Source: a bacterium
GTDB taxonomy: Bacteria > Patescibacteriota > Minisyncoccia > JAHIHE01
DNA: 64,000 nucleotides
Assembly: GCA_030693205.1 (NCBI GenBank)
Contig: JAUYBG010000006.1
Location: 4,015-68,014 of the forward strand
Direction: 5' to 3'
Positions within the stretch are counted from its first letter, which is position 1, and each line of letters opens with the position of its first letter. The notes below the pieces were generated by a model. That model was not told the DNA's origin. It did no database searches and worked only from the letters and a program-made list of their open reading frames with translations. Made by a program: the position numbers and the translations under genes. Positions 1 through 10,450 of the stretch are shown here, in pieces.

Positions 1-1
1 T

Positions 2-3000
2 ATCACGATTATTCCGCCCAGTCCTACCCCGGTTTTAAACAACCCAAGCGCTTATTGTGAAAGTAATAAGTCAAAAATAGCGCTGGAATGGTCCCCTTCC
101 GACAACGCAATTTATTATACTCTTTATCGCAATGGCGCGGCGCTGATCAATTTGTCGAATACTTCTTATGTTGACGCCGGCGTGGAAAGCGGAATCAGTT
201 ACAATTATTTTGTGCGGGCGTATGGAAAAGCAGGAACAAGCACTTCAGCCAGCGATACCAAAAGCATTACGGCGGTAAGCTGTACTCCTCCGGTTGCGCC
301 AACTCTTACCTTAACCAAAAGTTGCAGTGTAAATATGCCTCAAGTCAATCTTTCATGGTCTGTAACCAGCGCCGAGAACATAGTTAATTATGAAATAAAG
401 CGAGGGTTGGCAGCCGGATCTTTGGCAACGAAAGCTATTGTCGACAAATCAGTTTATTCTAAAATTGATAATGATGGAATTAATCCATCCACCGCATATT
501 ATTATCAGATAATTGCCAATAGTGTTATCGGGGTTAATCCTTCTTTTTCTTCCGTCAAATCGATTACTACCGATTCGTGTTTGCCAACCACTCCGGCGGT
601 TACTTTGAGCACTTATTGCGAGAGTGGCAATGCAAAAGTAAAAGTTAGCTGGACATCGGATAAGGCAAATACGGATCATTTTGAAATTTTTAGGCAAGAT
701 CTTAATGGCGGAACTATACCGATTGCGACAGTTGCCCTTGGCGGTACAAGTTATTCGTGGGTGGACACAAATCCTACCGCCCAAACAACAGCGTATAGTT
801 ACAAGGTGGTTGCTGTCGGCCAGTTAAACACCAAAACATCCACTCAAGGATTTAAGCCGATCACAACTTATAACTGCGCTATTCCCAGCGGTTTTACTTT
901 AACTAATCCTCCAAATATTTTTTGCCAAGGTTCATATCCAAGATCTGGTCTGAATTGGTCGCCAAGCAGTAATTCCACGTCTTATGATCTTTTTCGCAAT
1001 CGTTTAAACGCCGATGATTCTGTCGCTGAAACTAATACTTTTATTAACGCAACTTCGCCATATTCGGATATAGGATTCGGTAACGCTTTGAATTTTAATG
1101 GAAGCAGTTCCGTTGATTTTGGATTGACAAGCATGCCGCTTACCGGAGATCTGACCATAGAATTTTGGGCAAATCCATCCAGTGTTTCTTCGCCTTCAAG
1201 GCAAAATCCGATTTGTAAATCTTATGGCGGCGAATTTTGTTTAACTATGGAAATAAGCGGACAGCTTAGCTATTACCATGGTTCAGCGGGCGGCAACAAT
1301 TCGCCATATATGAGTTTTAACACTCCGAATGTTTTTGAAAACAATAAGTGGGTTCATGTGGTTATAACCAGAAATAAAGCAACAAGAACGATGAAATCCT
1401 ACAAGAACGGAAGCCCTGCAAGCTCTGGTACTTGGACGAGCAGTTATGATCCTTCGGTGAGCACATACAATTTATTCGCAGGAGAGGGATATGTTAATAA
1501 TTTTAAAGGATTAATAGACGAGGTCAGGATTTATAACAGGGTTTTAAGCAATACGGAAGCGTTGGAGCATTATGGCGGAATTTATAGCAATGAAAGTAAC
1601 TTGATTGGGTTATGGCATTTTGATGAAGGAAGCGGTCAAACTGTTTCCAATAGTTTTAATAACAGCAATAATGGCGTCTTGGGAGCTAGCATTGCTGTTG
1701 ACCTCGAAGATCCTTCCTGGACAAGCAATGGTTTGCAAACCGGCAATAAATACAATTGGCAAGTCAGGGCAAATGGCCCGGGTGGAGTTGTTTTATCCAA
1801 TCTTACTTCTTCTACAGTAATACCTGTTTGCGAACCGACAAAATTAGGTTTGGAGGCAAATACTTTTTGCCAAGGAAGCGTAAAATCTTCCGTGAGATTA
1901 AAATGGTCTTACTCTATCAATACCGATAAGTATGAAATTTATCGCGACAGCGCATTGATCAAAACGGTTTATAAAGCGGATTCCGAATATTTATCCAGAA
2001 CATGGGATGATAATAATAATGGTTTAGGGCTTAATTCGGGAGTTTCATATTCTTATTATATTAAAGCTGTCGGTCCGACTGGTCTAACCAATCAAAGCAA
2101 TTTTAGATCAGTAAACGCTTTACTCTGTGTTCCTCCGGATACTATTTCCAGCCTGACAGCAACTCCTTCCTGTTCCGGTTCTTATCCGAGAGTAAATCTT
2201 AACTGGGCAGATATTGTGAATACTGATTATTACACGGTTTACAGAAACGGCAGTCCTTTAACGCCCAATGCGACAATTTCGTCTTTTACGGATACAACAG
2301 TGGCGGTTAATACTTATTATACCTATCAAGTAACCGCTTATGGCCCAGGCGGTCCAAGCGAGCCGTCTAATAATGCGATAATTGATCCCGCTGTATCGCT
2401 TAATAATAATTATTGCACGCCTTCCGTGCCTGTAATTACTTCAGTTAACGGAGCTTGTACATCTGGTATTCCTTATAATACGGTTAATTGGTCGGACGCA
2501 ACAACTTATAATACCCAACAATATAAAATTTACAGAAACACTGAAAATAATTTTAGCACGGCGACTCTGACAAGAACTATAGATAAAAGCACGGAACCGG
2601 CGTTATTTAATTCCCGGTCATGGCAAAACTCCGGCCTTTTGGATGATACCGTGTATTATTATTGGATCAAAGCGATTGGTCCGGTGGGCGGGCTGGAAAG
2701 CGCTGTGTCTGTAGTGGCCAGCCGAAGAACCAATATTTGCACTTTACCTTCTGCGCCAAGCATAAGCTTAAGCAACATTTGTTCCAGCTACAATGATCCT
2801 GTTACGGTTTTAAATTGGAATAAAACAGCCAATACTACGGATTATACCATTTATAAAAATACCGTTTTAATGAAGACGATCAATTCGAATAGCAACGGTT
2901 ATATTAAAAATTGGCTGATAATCGGAGGGTTTACATATTCTCACGCGGGGTCTACGCCTACTGCCGCGGAAATCAATACGGCTTTAGCCGCTGATTATTT

Positions 3001-4957
3001 GGGAGGAGAGACAAGTGTAAAGCCGAGAGCGGGAAAAATATATGGCGGGAAAACCTGGTTTGAATATAGCGTGCCGTCAAGCAATCTCACCGATTTTACT
3101 CTTACTTCCGCTCCGATGTCCGCCTTGACTCCAAAAACTTACGCGAGCGCTTATGCTTTTGCTTATTTCTATAGTCCGGTGGCGCAGTCGGCGCAATTAC
3201 GTATTGGCAGCGATGATGGCGTAAAAGCTTTTGTAAACGGAGCGTGGGTTTACACAAATGCAACGCAACGAGGCGCTTCTCCTGATCAGGATACTAAAAA
3301 TATTAATCTTATCGCGGGAATCAATACTTTATTGATAAAAGTCCAGCAAGGAACGAGCGGCTGGGGTTTGTACGCGCGTATTACGGATGCGAGCGGCAAT
3401 GATATTTTAAATAATATTACCGCCTGGGACTCGGCAGCCGCGACAGGCGTAAGCAAGGATTATAATGTCTCTTCGATCGGTCCCGGGGGAACAAGCATTC
3501 CCACATCCAACATGGCAAGTTCCGCTCCGCTGAATTGCAATCCCTTAACGCCGGAGGTGACTTTAACGTCCGGATGCGATGGCGCTAATACGCAAATGAC
3601 TGTTTCTTGGCTTGCCGATTCGAATACTTATTATTGGAATATTTATAAGAAACGCAGCACAGACGTGAGCTTTATATTATTAAATCCTCCGGGAAGTATT
3701 GCCAGTTCTTCCTATGTGGATATGAATGTGGCAAGCAACGTCAGTTATGATTATTTTGTCAGGGCTTTTGGCAGCGGTGGAATAACCCGAACTTCGGATA
3801 TACAGACTGCGCTTGTTTTAACTTGCTATAACGCACCGATAAAACCGGTAATTGCAACTGCGCCGCAATGCGCCGGAATGACTTCGAGAATAAATATAAT
3901 ATGGTCGCCATACGATAATACCAAAACACTTTCATTCAATGTTCTTCGCAAAGATATTACAGCGGGCGAATCGGGTTACGCTAATATTTTTGAAAATCTA
4001 TCGCCGTCTTCCATAACAGAATATTCCGATGGCAGTGTTATCACCGGACATACCTATTCATATAGAATTGAAGCGGTTGGGTCAGGCGTGGATAATCATG
4101 CAATTTCGGACATAACTCCCGCCGGTGAAGGCGAGGCAATTGATTGCCTAAATACTCCTCCTTTTGATCCCCCGACACTGAATCTTAATTTTTCTGCCTA
4201 TACTGTTGTAACTGGCGGTTCGGTCTCATTAAGGTGGACAGATACTCAAAATGAAACTAAATATAAAGTTTTCAGAAGGATTAAGGGCGAGACGGAATTT
4301 GCTTATCAAAAACAAAATGGCTGGCTGGATTATTTAAAAAGTATTTTTGGAAAAATATCCAATGCGGCTTATGATAATCCTGTTGTAATAATGCTTGCGG
4401 GCGTAGATTATGTCGATCCTCCGATTTCCGGTCTCGTTAATTATATTGATAATACGGTTAGCGAAAATAGAACATATGAGTATCAAATTTTAGCCATAAA
4501 TAATGCGGGCGGCGGCGATGCGGGCATAACTTATTCAAACATTATTTCTCCTGTTTATGTTCCGATCGCGCCGCCTGTCGCTTCCGTGGTTTCTTCCGCC
4601 GTTTTTGGTCCGGGGAAAACCAGGATTCATTGGGTGCGGCCAAACCCGACGCTGGGTAATGAATATACGAATGCCGGAAAACCCCCGTTGTATGAAGTTC
4701 AAAGATCATCCACTCGAGATTTTATTGCCGGCACTTTTTCCGTTCTCGGTACAATATGTTCGGATATTATCAATAATGGTCCGGCGCGCGCATGCGGAAC
4801 AGAAGTTCTTGATGCCGAATTAGAATATATTGACAATAATGCTTCCGTGGCGGAAAAATATTATCGAGTTATAACCGAAAATTACGGCGGAAGAGCGGCG
4901 TCCACGTCTATCGTCGGTTATTCTAATTTGAAATGGAAAGAAGTGATACCGAGATAA
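2..4957 (+). CDS. Giant extracellular Fn3/Ig-like repeat protein with inserted LamG (ConA-like) and PA14-like domains; 5' end lies outside the window
   Basis: Frame is open from base 2, upstream of the listed TTG at 152. Repeated units (V/I)xLxW...Y(E/T)IYR...(W/Y)xD...YxYxVxA with paired Cys. LamG motifs LTIEFW, WVHVVIT, FKGLIDEVRIYNRVLS, LIGLWHFDEG. PA14-like LRIGSDDGVKAFVNG...INTLLIKVQQ. Ends WKEVIPR. Confidence 0.85.
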   Translation: MTIIPPSPTPVLNNPSAYCESNKSKIALEWSPSDNAIYYTLYRNGAALINLSNTSYVDAGVESGISYNYFVRAYGKAGTSTSASDTKSITAVSCTPPVAPTLTLTKSCSVNMPQVNLSWSVTSAENIVNYEIKRGLAAGSLATKAIVDKSVYSKIDNDGINPSTAYYYQIIANSVIGVNPSFSSVKSITTDSCLPTTPAVTLSTYCESGNAKVKVSWTSDKANTDHFEIFRQDLNGGTIPIATVALGGTSYSWVDTNPTAQTTAYSYKVVAVGQLNTKTSTQGFKPITTYNCAIPSGFTLTNPPNIFCQGSYPRSGLNWSPSSNSTSYDLFRNRLNADDSVAETNTFINATSPYSDIGFGNALNFNGSSSVDFGLTSMPLTGDLTIEFWANPSSVSSPSRQNPICKSYGGEFCLTMEISGQLSYYHGSAGGNNSPYMSFNTPNVFENNKWVHVVITRNKATRTMKSYKNGSPASSGTWTSSYDPSVSTYNLFAGEGYVNNFKGLIDEVRIYNRVLSNTEALEHYGGIYSNESNLIGLWHFDEGSGQTVSNSFNNSNNGVLGASIAVDLEDPSWTSNGLQTGNKYNWQVRANGPGGVVLSNLTSSTVIPVCEPTKLGLEANTFCQGSVKSSVRLKWSYSINTDKYEIYRDSALIKTVYKADSEYLSRTWDDNNNGLGLNSGVSYSYYIKAVGPTGLTNQSNFRSVNALLCVPPDTISSLTATPSCSGSYPRVNLNWADIVNTDYYTVYRNGSPLTPNATISSFTDTTVAVNTYYTYQVTAYGPGGPSEPSNNAIIDPAVSLNNNYCTPSVPVITSVNGACTSGIPYNTVNWSDATTYNTQQYKIYRNTENNFSTATLTRTIDKSTEPALFNSRSWQNSGLLDDTVYYYWIKAIGPVGGLESAVSVVASRRTNICTLPSAPSISLSNICSSYNDPVTVLNWNKTANTTDYTIYKNTVLMKTINSNSNGYIKNWLIIGGFTYSHAGSTPTAAEINTALAADYLGGETSVKPRAGKIYGGKTWFEYSVPSSNLTDFTLTSAPMSALTPKTYASAYAFAYFYSPVAQSAQLRIGSDDGVKAFVNGAWVYTNATQRGASPDQDTKNINLIAGINTLLIKVQQGTSGWGLYARITDASGNDILNNITAWDSAAATGVSKDYNVSSIGPGGTSIPTSNMASSAPLNCNPLTPEVTLTSGCDGANTQMTVSWLADSNTYYWNIYKKRSTDVSFILLNPPGSIASSSYVDMNVASNVSYDYFVRAFGSGGITRTSDIQTALVLTCYNAPIKPVIATAPQCAGMTSRINIIWSPYDNTKTLSFNVLRKDITAGESGYANIFENLSPSSITEYSDGSVITGHTYSYRIEAVGSGVDNHAISDITPAGEGEAIDCLNTPPFDPPTLNLNFSAYTVVTGGSVSLRWTDTQNETKYKVFRRIKGETEFAYQKQNGWLDYLKSIFGKISNAAYDNPVVIMLAGVDYVDPPISGLVNYIDNTVSENRTYEYQILAINNAGGGDAGITYSNIISPVYVPIAPPVASVVSSAVFGPGKTRIHWVRPNPTLGNEYTNAGKPPLYEVQRSSTRDFIAGTFSVLGTICSDIINNGPARACGTEVLDAELEYIDNNASVAEKYYRVITENYGGRAASTSIVGYSNLKWKEVIPR

Positions 4958-4985
4958 GAAAAAGCTGAAAGCTCGAAGCGGGGCA

Positions 4986-5013
4986 TTGAAAAAAATATAA
5001 TAAAGAGTATAAT
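4986..5013 (+). promoter_or_regulatory. Sigma70-type promoter for gatC
   Basis: TTGAAA-16 nt-TATAAT, followed by the inverted repeat aaaacagtaa-gaaat-ttactgtttt. Confidence 0.5.
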
Positions 5014-5050
5014 TAAAACAGTAAGAAATTTACTGTTTTAATTTATTCAT

Positions 5051-5341
5051 ATGAAATTAACCGGCTTAGAAGTGCAGCGTATCGCTGATTTAGCCAGGAT
5101 TGAGTTGACCGGCCGAGAAAAAGAAAAATATGCCGAAGAGCTTTCGGCGGTTTTAGGTTTTATTGAACAGCTGTCAAAAGTGAATACCGATAATGTTGTT
5201 CCGACCAGTCAGGTTACCGGTTTGGTTAATGTTGTCCGGGAAGATAAGACGGAGGATTGCAACGAAGACACTCGTAAACAGATCTTTAAGGCCGCGCCGC
5301 TGGCAGAAGGGGAATATTTTAAAGTTAAGGCGGTGTTATAG
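5051..5341 (+). CDS. gatC: Asp-tRNA(Asn)/Glu-tRNA(Gln) amidotransferase subunit C
   Basis: IADLARIEL...VLGFIEQL..VNTDNV.PT...REDK...YFKVKAVL; 96 aa. Confidence 0.95.
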   Translation: MKLTGLEVQRIADLARIELTGREKEKYAEELSAVLGFIEQLSKVNTDNVVPTSQVTGLVNVVREDKTEDCNEDTRKQIFKAAPLAEGEYFKVKAVL

Positions 5342-5351
5342 AAAATAAAAT

Positions 5352-5427
5352 TGATTTATGAAATATGATTTAAGATTTATGAATAATTATAATTTTCCCG
5401 TAAATCGTAAATCGTAAATCGTAAATC
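5352..5427. repeat. 7-bp-period inverted-arm element (GATTTAT/GATTTAA arm facing a (CGTAAAT)n arm), copy 1
   Basis: tgatttatgaaatatgatttaagatttatgaat...cgtaaatcgtaaatcgtaaatcgtaaatc; near-identical arms at 12337 and 36621. Confidence 0.85.
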
Positions 5428-5575
5428 TGAGCAATTCTTTTGCGGTTTCAATGTATTTATCCGAATTAATCCCCCACCCATGTAATAAAATAATTGGAAT
5501 ATTTCCATCGCCAATTTGTTTATAATTTACATTCAAATCGTCAATTTTAATTTGTTTTTCCTGCATATTTAACAT
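5387..5575 (-). pseudogene. Truncated alpha/beta hydrolase (N-terminal ~50 aa only)
   Basis: NVNYKQIGDGNIPIILLHGWG is a typical hydrolase start. The frame runs into the heptamer repeat (RFTIYDLRF) and stops before the nucleophile motif. Confidence 0.75.
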
Positions 5576-5579
5576 ACAT

Positions 5580-5987
5580 CTACTTTTTTCTCAACTTCGA
5601 CGACTTATATATTTCCGGATGAAAAGGGTTTAATTTAATTATTTGCGTCTTGACAAGGTCAAACGCAGTCAATTTTTCCTTTAACTCTTCAAGCATTACT
5701 TCCTGATCATATCCTAAACAAATCATATCTGGTTTGTATTTCTGAATCACTTTATATTTATCATCCAAATCTCCCAAAACTACCAAATCTGCTAATTTGC
5801 TTTCGGATATTGTTTTTTGCCTGGCAAGCTCATTATTTTTTAGCAACCCGCTTTTTACCTTAAAAACATTCTTGTCTCTGGCAACAATAATAATTAAAAA
5901 GTCTCCGTATTCTTTGGCCTGCCTCAAAAAATCCCTGTGACCCTCGTGGAATATATCAAATGTCCCAAACACCATTACTTTTTTCAT
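5580..5987 (-). CDS. Cytidylyltransferase-family nucleotidyltransferase (archaeal RibL FAD synthetase-like)
   Basis: VMVFGTFDIFHEGH (HxGH), PDMICLGYDQ, C-terminal YKSSKL. Confidence 0.8.
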   Translation of the reverse strand: MKKVMVFGTFDIFHEGHRDFLRQAKEYGDFLIIIVARDKNVFKVKSGLLKNNELARQKTISESKLADLVVLGDLDDKYKVIQKYKPDMICLGYDQEVMLEELKEKLTAFDLVKTQIIKLNPFHPEIYKSSKLRKK

Positions 5988-7447
5988 TTCTTTATCTTAA
6001 TTTCTTTCGGTCGCATCAATGGAAATATCTGACATTCTTTAATCGGCTTATCCATTAAAAAAGAAAATAATCGTTCACTGAAGCCATGTCCGCAAGTCGG
6101 CGGCATACCGTATTCCAGCGCTTCAACAAAATCATAATCTGCCATTTGCGCTTCTTTGTCGCCGGCATCTCGAAGTTTTTGTTGATTTTCAAATCTTTCT
6201 CTTTGATCGACTGGATCATTAAGTTCGCTATACCCTTGGCCGACTTCCGAGCCAGCAATAATAAAATGGAATCTCTCGGTAATATTTGGATTGCTCGACA
6301 ATACTTTTGCTAATGGAGAAGTAAATTTTGGTTCATTAATCAATATAGCGGGTCCCCCGATATTTTTACGGCAATATTTCCATAACGCATCCACCATACG
6401 GACGCGATTATTTGCTTCTGATTTAATTTTCAATTCGTATAATTTTTCCTGTATTTTTTTATCATTATCTTGCCAAATATCTATGCCTGTTTCTTTTTTG
6501 ACAGTTTCGGTATAATCAATAATTGGCCAATCGGCGCCCAAATCAACATCAAATCCTCTAATTTTGAATCCAAGGGTGCCAAAAGTTTTTTGCGCCACAA
6601 AACGATAGCAATCACGTAAAAATTTATACATATCTTCAAAGTTTCCGTATGCCCAATATGCTTCGCATTGAGTATAGTCTTGAAGATGTTCGGTAGATAC
6701 TCCCTCGTTTCTAAAAATCCTGCCTATTTCAAATGTTTTTTCAAAGCCAGCCACCATCAAACGTTTTTGCCATAATTCGCCGGCAGAGATGCGTAAATAG
6801 ACATCCGTATCAAAAGCGCTATGATGGGTTACAAAAGGATTAGCGTCAGCACCGCCGGTTGTATTTTCTAAAACAGGAGTTTCTACCTCTAAAAATCCGC
6901 GCTGCAAATGAAATTCTCGAACAGCATTCCAAAATACAGACTTTTTTTTAATCATCTCTTTAATTTCCGGATTAAATAAAATATCTAAATATCTTTTTCT
7001 CAGTCTTTCTTCCTCGTCCTGAAGCCCATGCCATTTTTCCGGCAAAGGCAAAAGTGATTTTGCCAAAATCCTGCAATTGGAAACCAAAAGGGTTTTTTCG
7101 CCCTTTTTTGTCGTAAAAATTTTTCCCGTAGCCTCAATAAAATCACCGACATCAAAATATCCGATCAAGTCCCATTGCGACGGAATAAGATCGTCTTTCT
7201 TGAAATAAATTTGAAAACTGCCCGAATCATCAGCGATATTGGCAAATATGGATCCTCCGTGACCCCGAATCGCCATTAACCGGCCGGCAAGGATGATCTC
7301 GGCTGATTCCTTTTCAAGTTTTTCCGCGTTTAAAATTGCTTCATTTGTTTTATGAGATCTCGCGGTTTTAGCCGGATATGGATCAATCCCGGCTTCAGCT
7401 ATTTTTTTCATTTTTTCCAAACGTACGCCGCGAATTTTATTAATCAC
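5984..7447 (-). CDS. lysS: Lysine--tRNA ligase, class II
   Basis: OB fold plus YLRISAGELW, FEIGRIFRNEG and ALEYGMPPTCGHG motifs. Confidence 0.97.
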   Translation of the reverse strand: MINKIRGVRLEKMKKIAEAGIDPYPAKTARSHKTNEAILNAEKLEKESAEIILAGRLMAIRGHGGSIFANIADDSGSFQIYFKKDDLIPSQWDLIGYFDVGDFIEATGKIFTTKKGEKTLLVSNCRILAKSLLPLPEKWHGLQDEEERLRKRYLDILFNPEIKEMIKKKSVFWNAVREFHLQRGFLEVETPVLENTTGGADANPFVTHHSAFDTDVYLRISAGELWQKRLMVAGFEKTFEIGRIFRNEGVSTEHLQDYTQCEAYWAYGNFEDMYKFLRDCYRFVAQKTFGTLGFKIRGFDVDLGADWPIIDYTETVKKETGIDIWQDNDKKIQEKLYELKIKSEANNRVRMVDALWKYCRKNIGGPAILINEPKFTSPLAKVLSSNPNITERFHFIIAGSEVGQGYSELNDPVDQRERFENQQKLRDAGDKEAQMADYDFVEALEYGMPPTCGHGFSERLFSFLMDKPIKECQIFPLMRPKEIKIKK

Positions 7448-7452
7448 AATAT

Positions 7453-7911
7453 TTAAATTATTTTTATTATTTTATACATATTCATTCCTTTGGGAGTTTT
7501 TACGGCTACTTTATCGCCGATCTTCTTGCCCAAAAAAGCGGCGCCAAGAGGAGATTCATTGGAGATCTTGCCGATAACCGGATTTGATTCATTGCGTCCC
7601 ACAATTGTGAAATTATGGCTTCCAGTGCCATTTTCCGCCTCTATGGTGGAACCGATCTGCACCACTCCGATTTTCTTTGGCTCCTCGATAATTGACGATT
7701 CTTTTAACATTTTTTCTATTTCTCCAACTCTTATTTCAGATTCCGCTTTTGCGTCTTTGGCTGCGGAATACTCGGCATTTTCACTCAAATCTCCAAGCTC
7801 TTTTGCCTCATGAATACGCCGGGCAATTTCTTGTCTTTTGGTGGTTTTTAAATAATCCAGCTCTTCTTTTAATTTCTTGAAGCCTTCTTCGGTTAAATAG
7901 GTTTTCGCCAT
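7453..7911 (-). CDS. greA: Transcription elongation factor GreA
   Basis: GDLSENAEY, ISNESPLGAAFLG. Confidence 0.97.
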   Translation of the reverse strand: MAKTYLTEEGFKKLKEELDYLKTTKRQEIARRIHEAKELGDLSENAEYSAAKDAKAESEIRVGEIEKMLKESSIIEEPKKIGVVQIGSTIEAENGTGSHNFTIVGRNESNPVIGKISNESPLGAAFLGKKIGDKVAVKTPKGMNMYKIIKII

Positions 7912-8026
7912 ATAAATATAATTTTATTGATTAAACTATGGTTTAAAAAAAATAGCGCTCCCGGAAGCAATACATGCCTATATATTAGCTTATTCGCGAA
8001 TTCATGTCAAACCTCATATTTTTATG

Positions 8027-9952
8027 CTATTTATCCTCAAAATACCAGCTCAAAACATCTTTTGCGACCGGAACCGCGTTTATACCGCCTTCTCCTCCAC
8101 CTTCTATTAAAATCGTTAGAACAATTTCCGGATCATCATATGGAGCAAAAGCCGTAAACCACGCGTGAGTCTTACCCGCATTGCCATATTCAGCGGTGCC
8201 GGTTTTTCCGGCTACTTTTACTTTTACATCCCTAAGCGATCCGCCTGACCCGCTCACGACAACCTCCCGCATACCGTCGCGGATAATATTAATATATTTT
8301 TGTTCGGCAATATTATCGTTAATTATCTGAGGCGCGAATTCTTTTGTTACACTGCCATCCTCGCTTGAAATTATTTTATCAACCAAATAAGGCTTGTAAA
8401 GCGTTCCACTATTGGCAAATACCGATGTCCATAAAGCGACTTGAAGCGGCGTAGTCAGAAGATAGCCTTGTCCAATAGAAATATGGTAGGTATTGCCGAT
8501 GGTCCATGGTTCATTCTTGCCTATATTGGCCAGTTTCCACTCTTTGGTCGGCACAAGGCCATTGGATTCATTGGGCAGATCAATGCCAAGTTTTTTTCCT
8601 AAATTAAACTTCCAAAAATATTCATCTATTTTTTCCACGCCAAGTCCGTTAAAATTTCCAAATCCTCCGCCAACCGTATAAAAGAAAATGTCCGAAGATT
8701 GCGCCATTGCGGAAATGATATTCATTGGCCCCAAACCTGAACGATTCCAACCATAAAAATCTTGATTATAAGCAGTGATCACGCCGCGATCTTCGATGAT
8801 CGTATTTTTATTTATAATTCCTTCGGATAGCGCAGCCGTGCCCATTACCGGTTTTATGGTCGAGCCCGGCGGATAAGTGCCGGATATTGCGCGATCAAAC
8901 ATCGGACTGAGCGGATCCTGGAAAATAGCGCTTATTTTATTTTTATTCGCGGGGTCCGCAAAAATATTATTATCATACGCCGGCAAACTCACCAATGCCA
9001 AAATTTTTCCATTCCGGGGATCCATCGCGATCGCTGCCGCGGCGCCGTTATTCTTTTCTTTAATTTTTATTTTTTTGGACATCTCGGCTAAAGTATCCTG
9101 AAGTTTTTTTTGCAAGTTTCCGTCTAAAGAAAGAATTAAATTACCGCCAGTTTTGGTTTCGGTTTTATTTAAAGTGAAAATAACTCGCCCGTTGGCATCA
9201 ATTTCCAAACTTTCTTTTCCTTTTTCGCCGCGCAAATATTTTTCATAATAAGCCTCAAGGCCTCCTTTCCCGATAAAATCGGCTGTTTCATAAGAATCAT
9301 CCGAACTTAGATCTTTTTGATTGACGCGTCCCGTATAACCGATTATATTTGAAAAATATTTCGCGTCCGGATACTCCCGTATAGCATTATTTTTTATTTC
9401 AAAACCGGGTATTTTTTCACCCAAAGATTCAATCGCCATCGCGCTCGTAATATCCAAATTATCCAGTATAAGTTCTGCTTTATAAGACGTACGGTCAATT
9501 TTTTCTAAATTACCACTGATCTCAGCGGGATCTCTTTTGGTAATTTTCGCGATATTTTCTACGATTTGCTTTAATTCATTTGCGTCGCGAGTAACCTCTT
9601 TGGGAATTGCCACTAAATCAAAGATCGCTTTATTTTTAACTAAAAAATTTTTATTTTTATCATAAATAATTCCCCTGTCAGCGTGGAAAGTAACTTCTTT
9701 TAAACGGTTATTTTCGGCTAAAATAGCAAAATTATTCGCGTCAATAACCTGAAGCTTGAATGTCTGCAAACTTAATACTCCGATCAAAACAATAATAATA
9801 GATATCGTGAATTTTGAATAAACACTAACCCGCTCGTTGCTGCCTAATATTTTTTCACCGCTATTGTGAATAAAAGGAGTAGTCTCTTCAAACTCCAAGT
9901 CGCTTGAAGTTTTTTTCTTAAGACGATATTTTGATGTTCCGGGCAAAACCAT
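8027..9952 (-). CDS. mrdA: Penicillin-binding protein 2 (class B transpeptidase)
   Basis: N-terminal TM, RGIIYD, SxxK (GSTIKP), SSD, KTGT; lies next to mreBCD. Confidence 0.93.
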   Translation of the reverse strand: MVLPGTSKYRLKKKTSSDLEFEETTPFIHNSGEKILGSNERVSVYSKFTISIIIVLIGVLSLQTFKLQVIDANNFAILAENNRLKEVTFHADRGIIYDKNKNFLVKNKAIFDLVAIPKEVTRDANELKQIVENIAKITKRDPAEISGNLEKIDRTSYKAELILDNLDITSAMAIESLGEKIPGFEIKNNAIREYPDAKYFSNIIGYTGRVNQKDLSSDDSYETADFIGKGGLEAYYEKYLRGEKGKESLEIDANGRVIFTLNKTETKTGGNLILSLDGNLQKKLQDTLAEMSKKIKIKEKNNGAAAAIAMDPRNGKILALVSLPAYDNNIFADPANKNKISAIFQDPLSPMFDRAISGTYPPGSTIKPVMGTAALSEGIINKNTIIEDRGVITAYNQDFYGWNRSGLGPMNIISAMAQSSDIFFYTVGGGFGNFNGLGVEKIDEYFWKFNLGKKLGIDLPNESNGLVPTKEWKLANIGKNEPWTIGNTYHISIGQGYLLTTPLQVALWTSVFANSGTLYKPYLVDKIISSEDGSVTKEFAPQIINDNIAEQKYINIIRDGMREVVVSGSGGSLRDVKVKVAGKTGTAEYGNAGKTHAWFTAFAPYDDPEIVLTILIEGGGEGGINAVPVAKDVLSWYFEDK

Positions 9953-10445
9953 AAATTTTACTGTTTTTATAATATTTTATAAGACGATATCCAAAAACAC
10001 TAAGCGCGAAATTAAACAATATCTCTCCTGCTAAATTAATATCCATCAATTTGAAAATTCCCGCGTAACCCGTCGAGGCTTTCAAAAAAACATTCGCGAT
10101 CCCCAATAAAAAGTAAAACGCGGAAAAAGTGATCAAGCTGTTCAGTAAAAAATCCGAAAACCTTCCCCCTTTCAGGACATTTTCTCTTAAATAAAAACTT
10201 AACGAGTACGCGCCCAAAGCGGCTAAAGAAGTTGAACCAAAACTTACCGAGCTGACCAGATCTATCGTTATTCCCCCGACTATCGTTAAAATTAACATTT
10301 TTTCAAACGATAAAAAATAACATAATAAAAACAAAACAACGAGCGATAAATTGGGTGCAAATAAAAAAAAATCAAATAACCGGATAAAGCTTGTCTGGAT
10401 AATTACGCTTAAAATTAAAATTAAAATAGCATATGTAAGCTTCAT
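9918..10445 (-). CDS. mreD: Rod shape-determining protein MreD
   Basis: Five hydrophobic helices, PNLSL and G..ID motifs; between mreC and mrdA. Confidence 0.75.
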   Translation of the reverse strand: MKLTYAILILILSVIIQTSFIRLFDFFLFAPNLSLVVLFLLCYFLSFEKMLILTIVGGITIDLVSSVSFGSTSLAALGAYSLSFYLRENVLKGGRFSDFLLNSLITFSAFYFLLGIANVFLKASTGYAGIFKLMDINLAGEILFNFALSVFGYRLIKYYKNSKIYGFARNIKISS

Positions 10446-10450
10446 TGAAA

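Noticed and set aside
5352-5427. CRISPR array from the recurring 34-bp arm
   Set aside because: Copies are dispersed kilobases apart, have an internal 7-bp period and an inverted partner; there is no repeat-spacer array and no cas gene.
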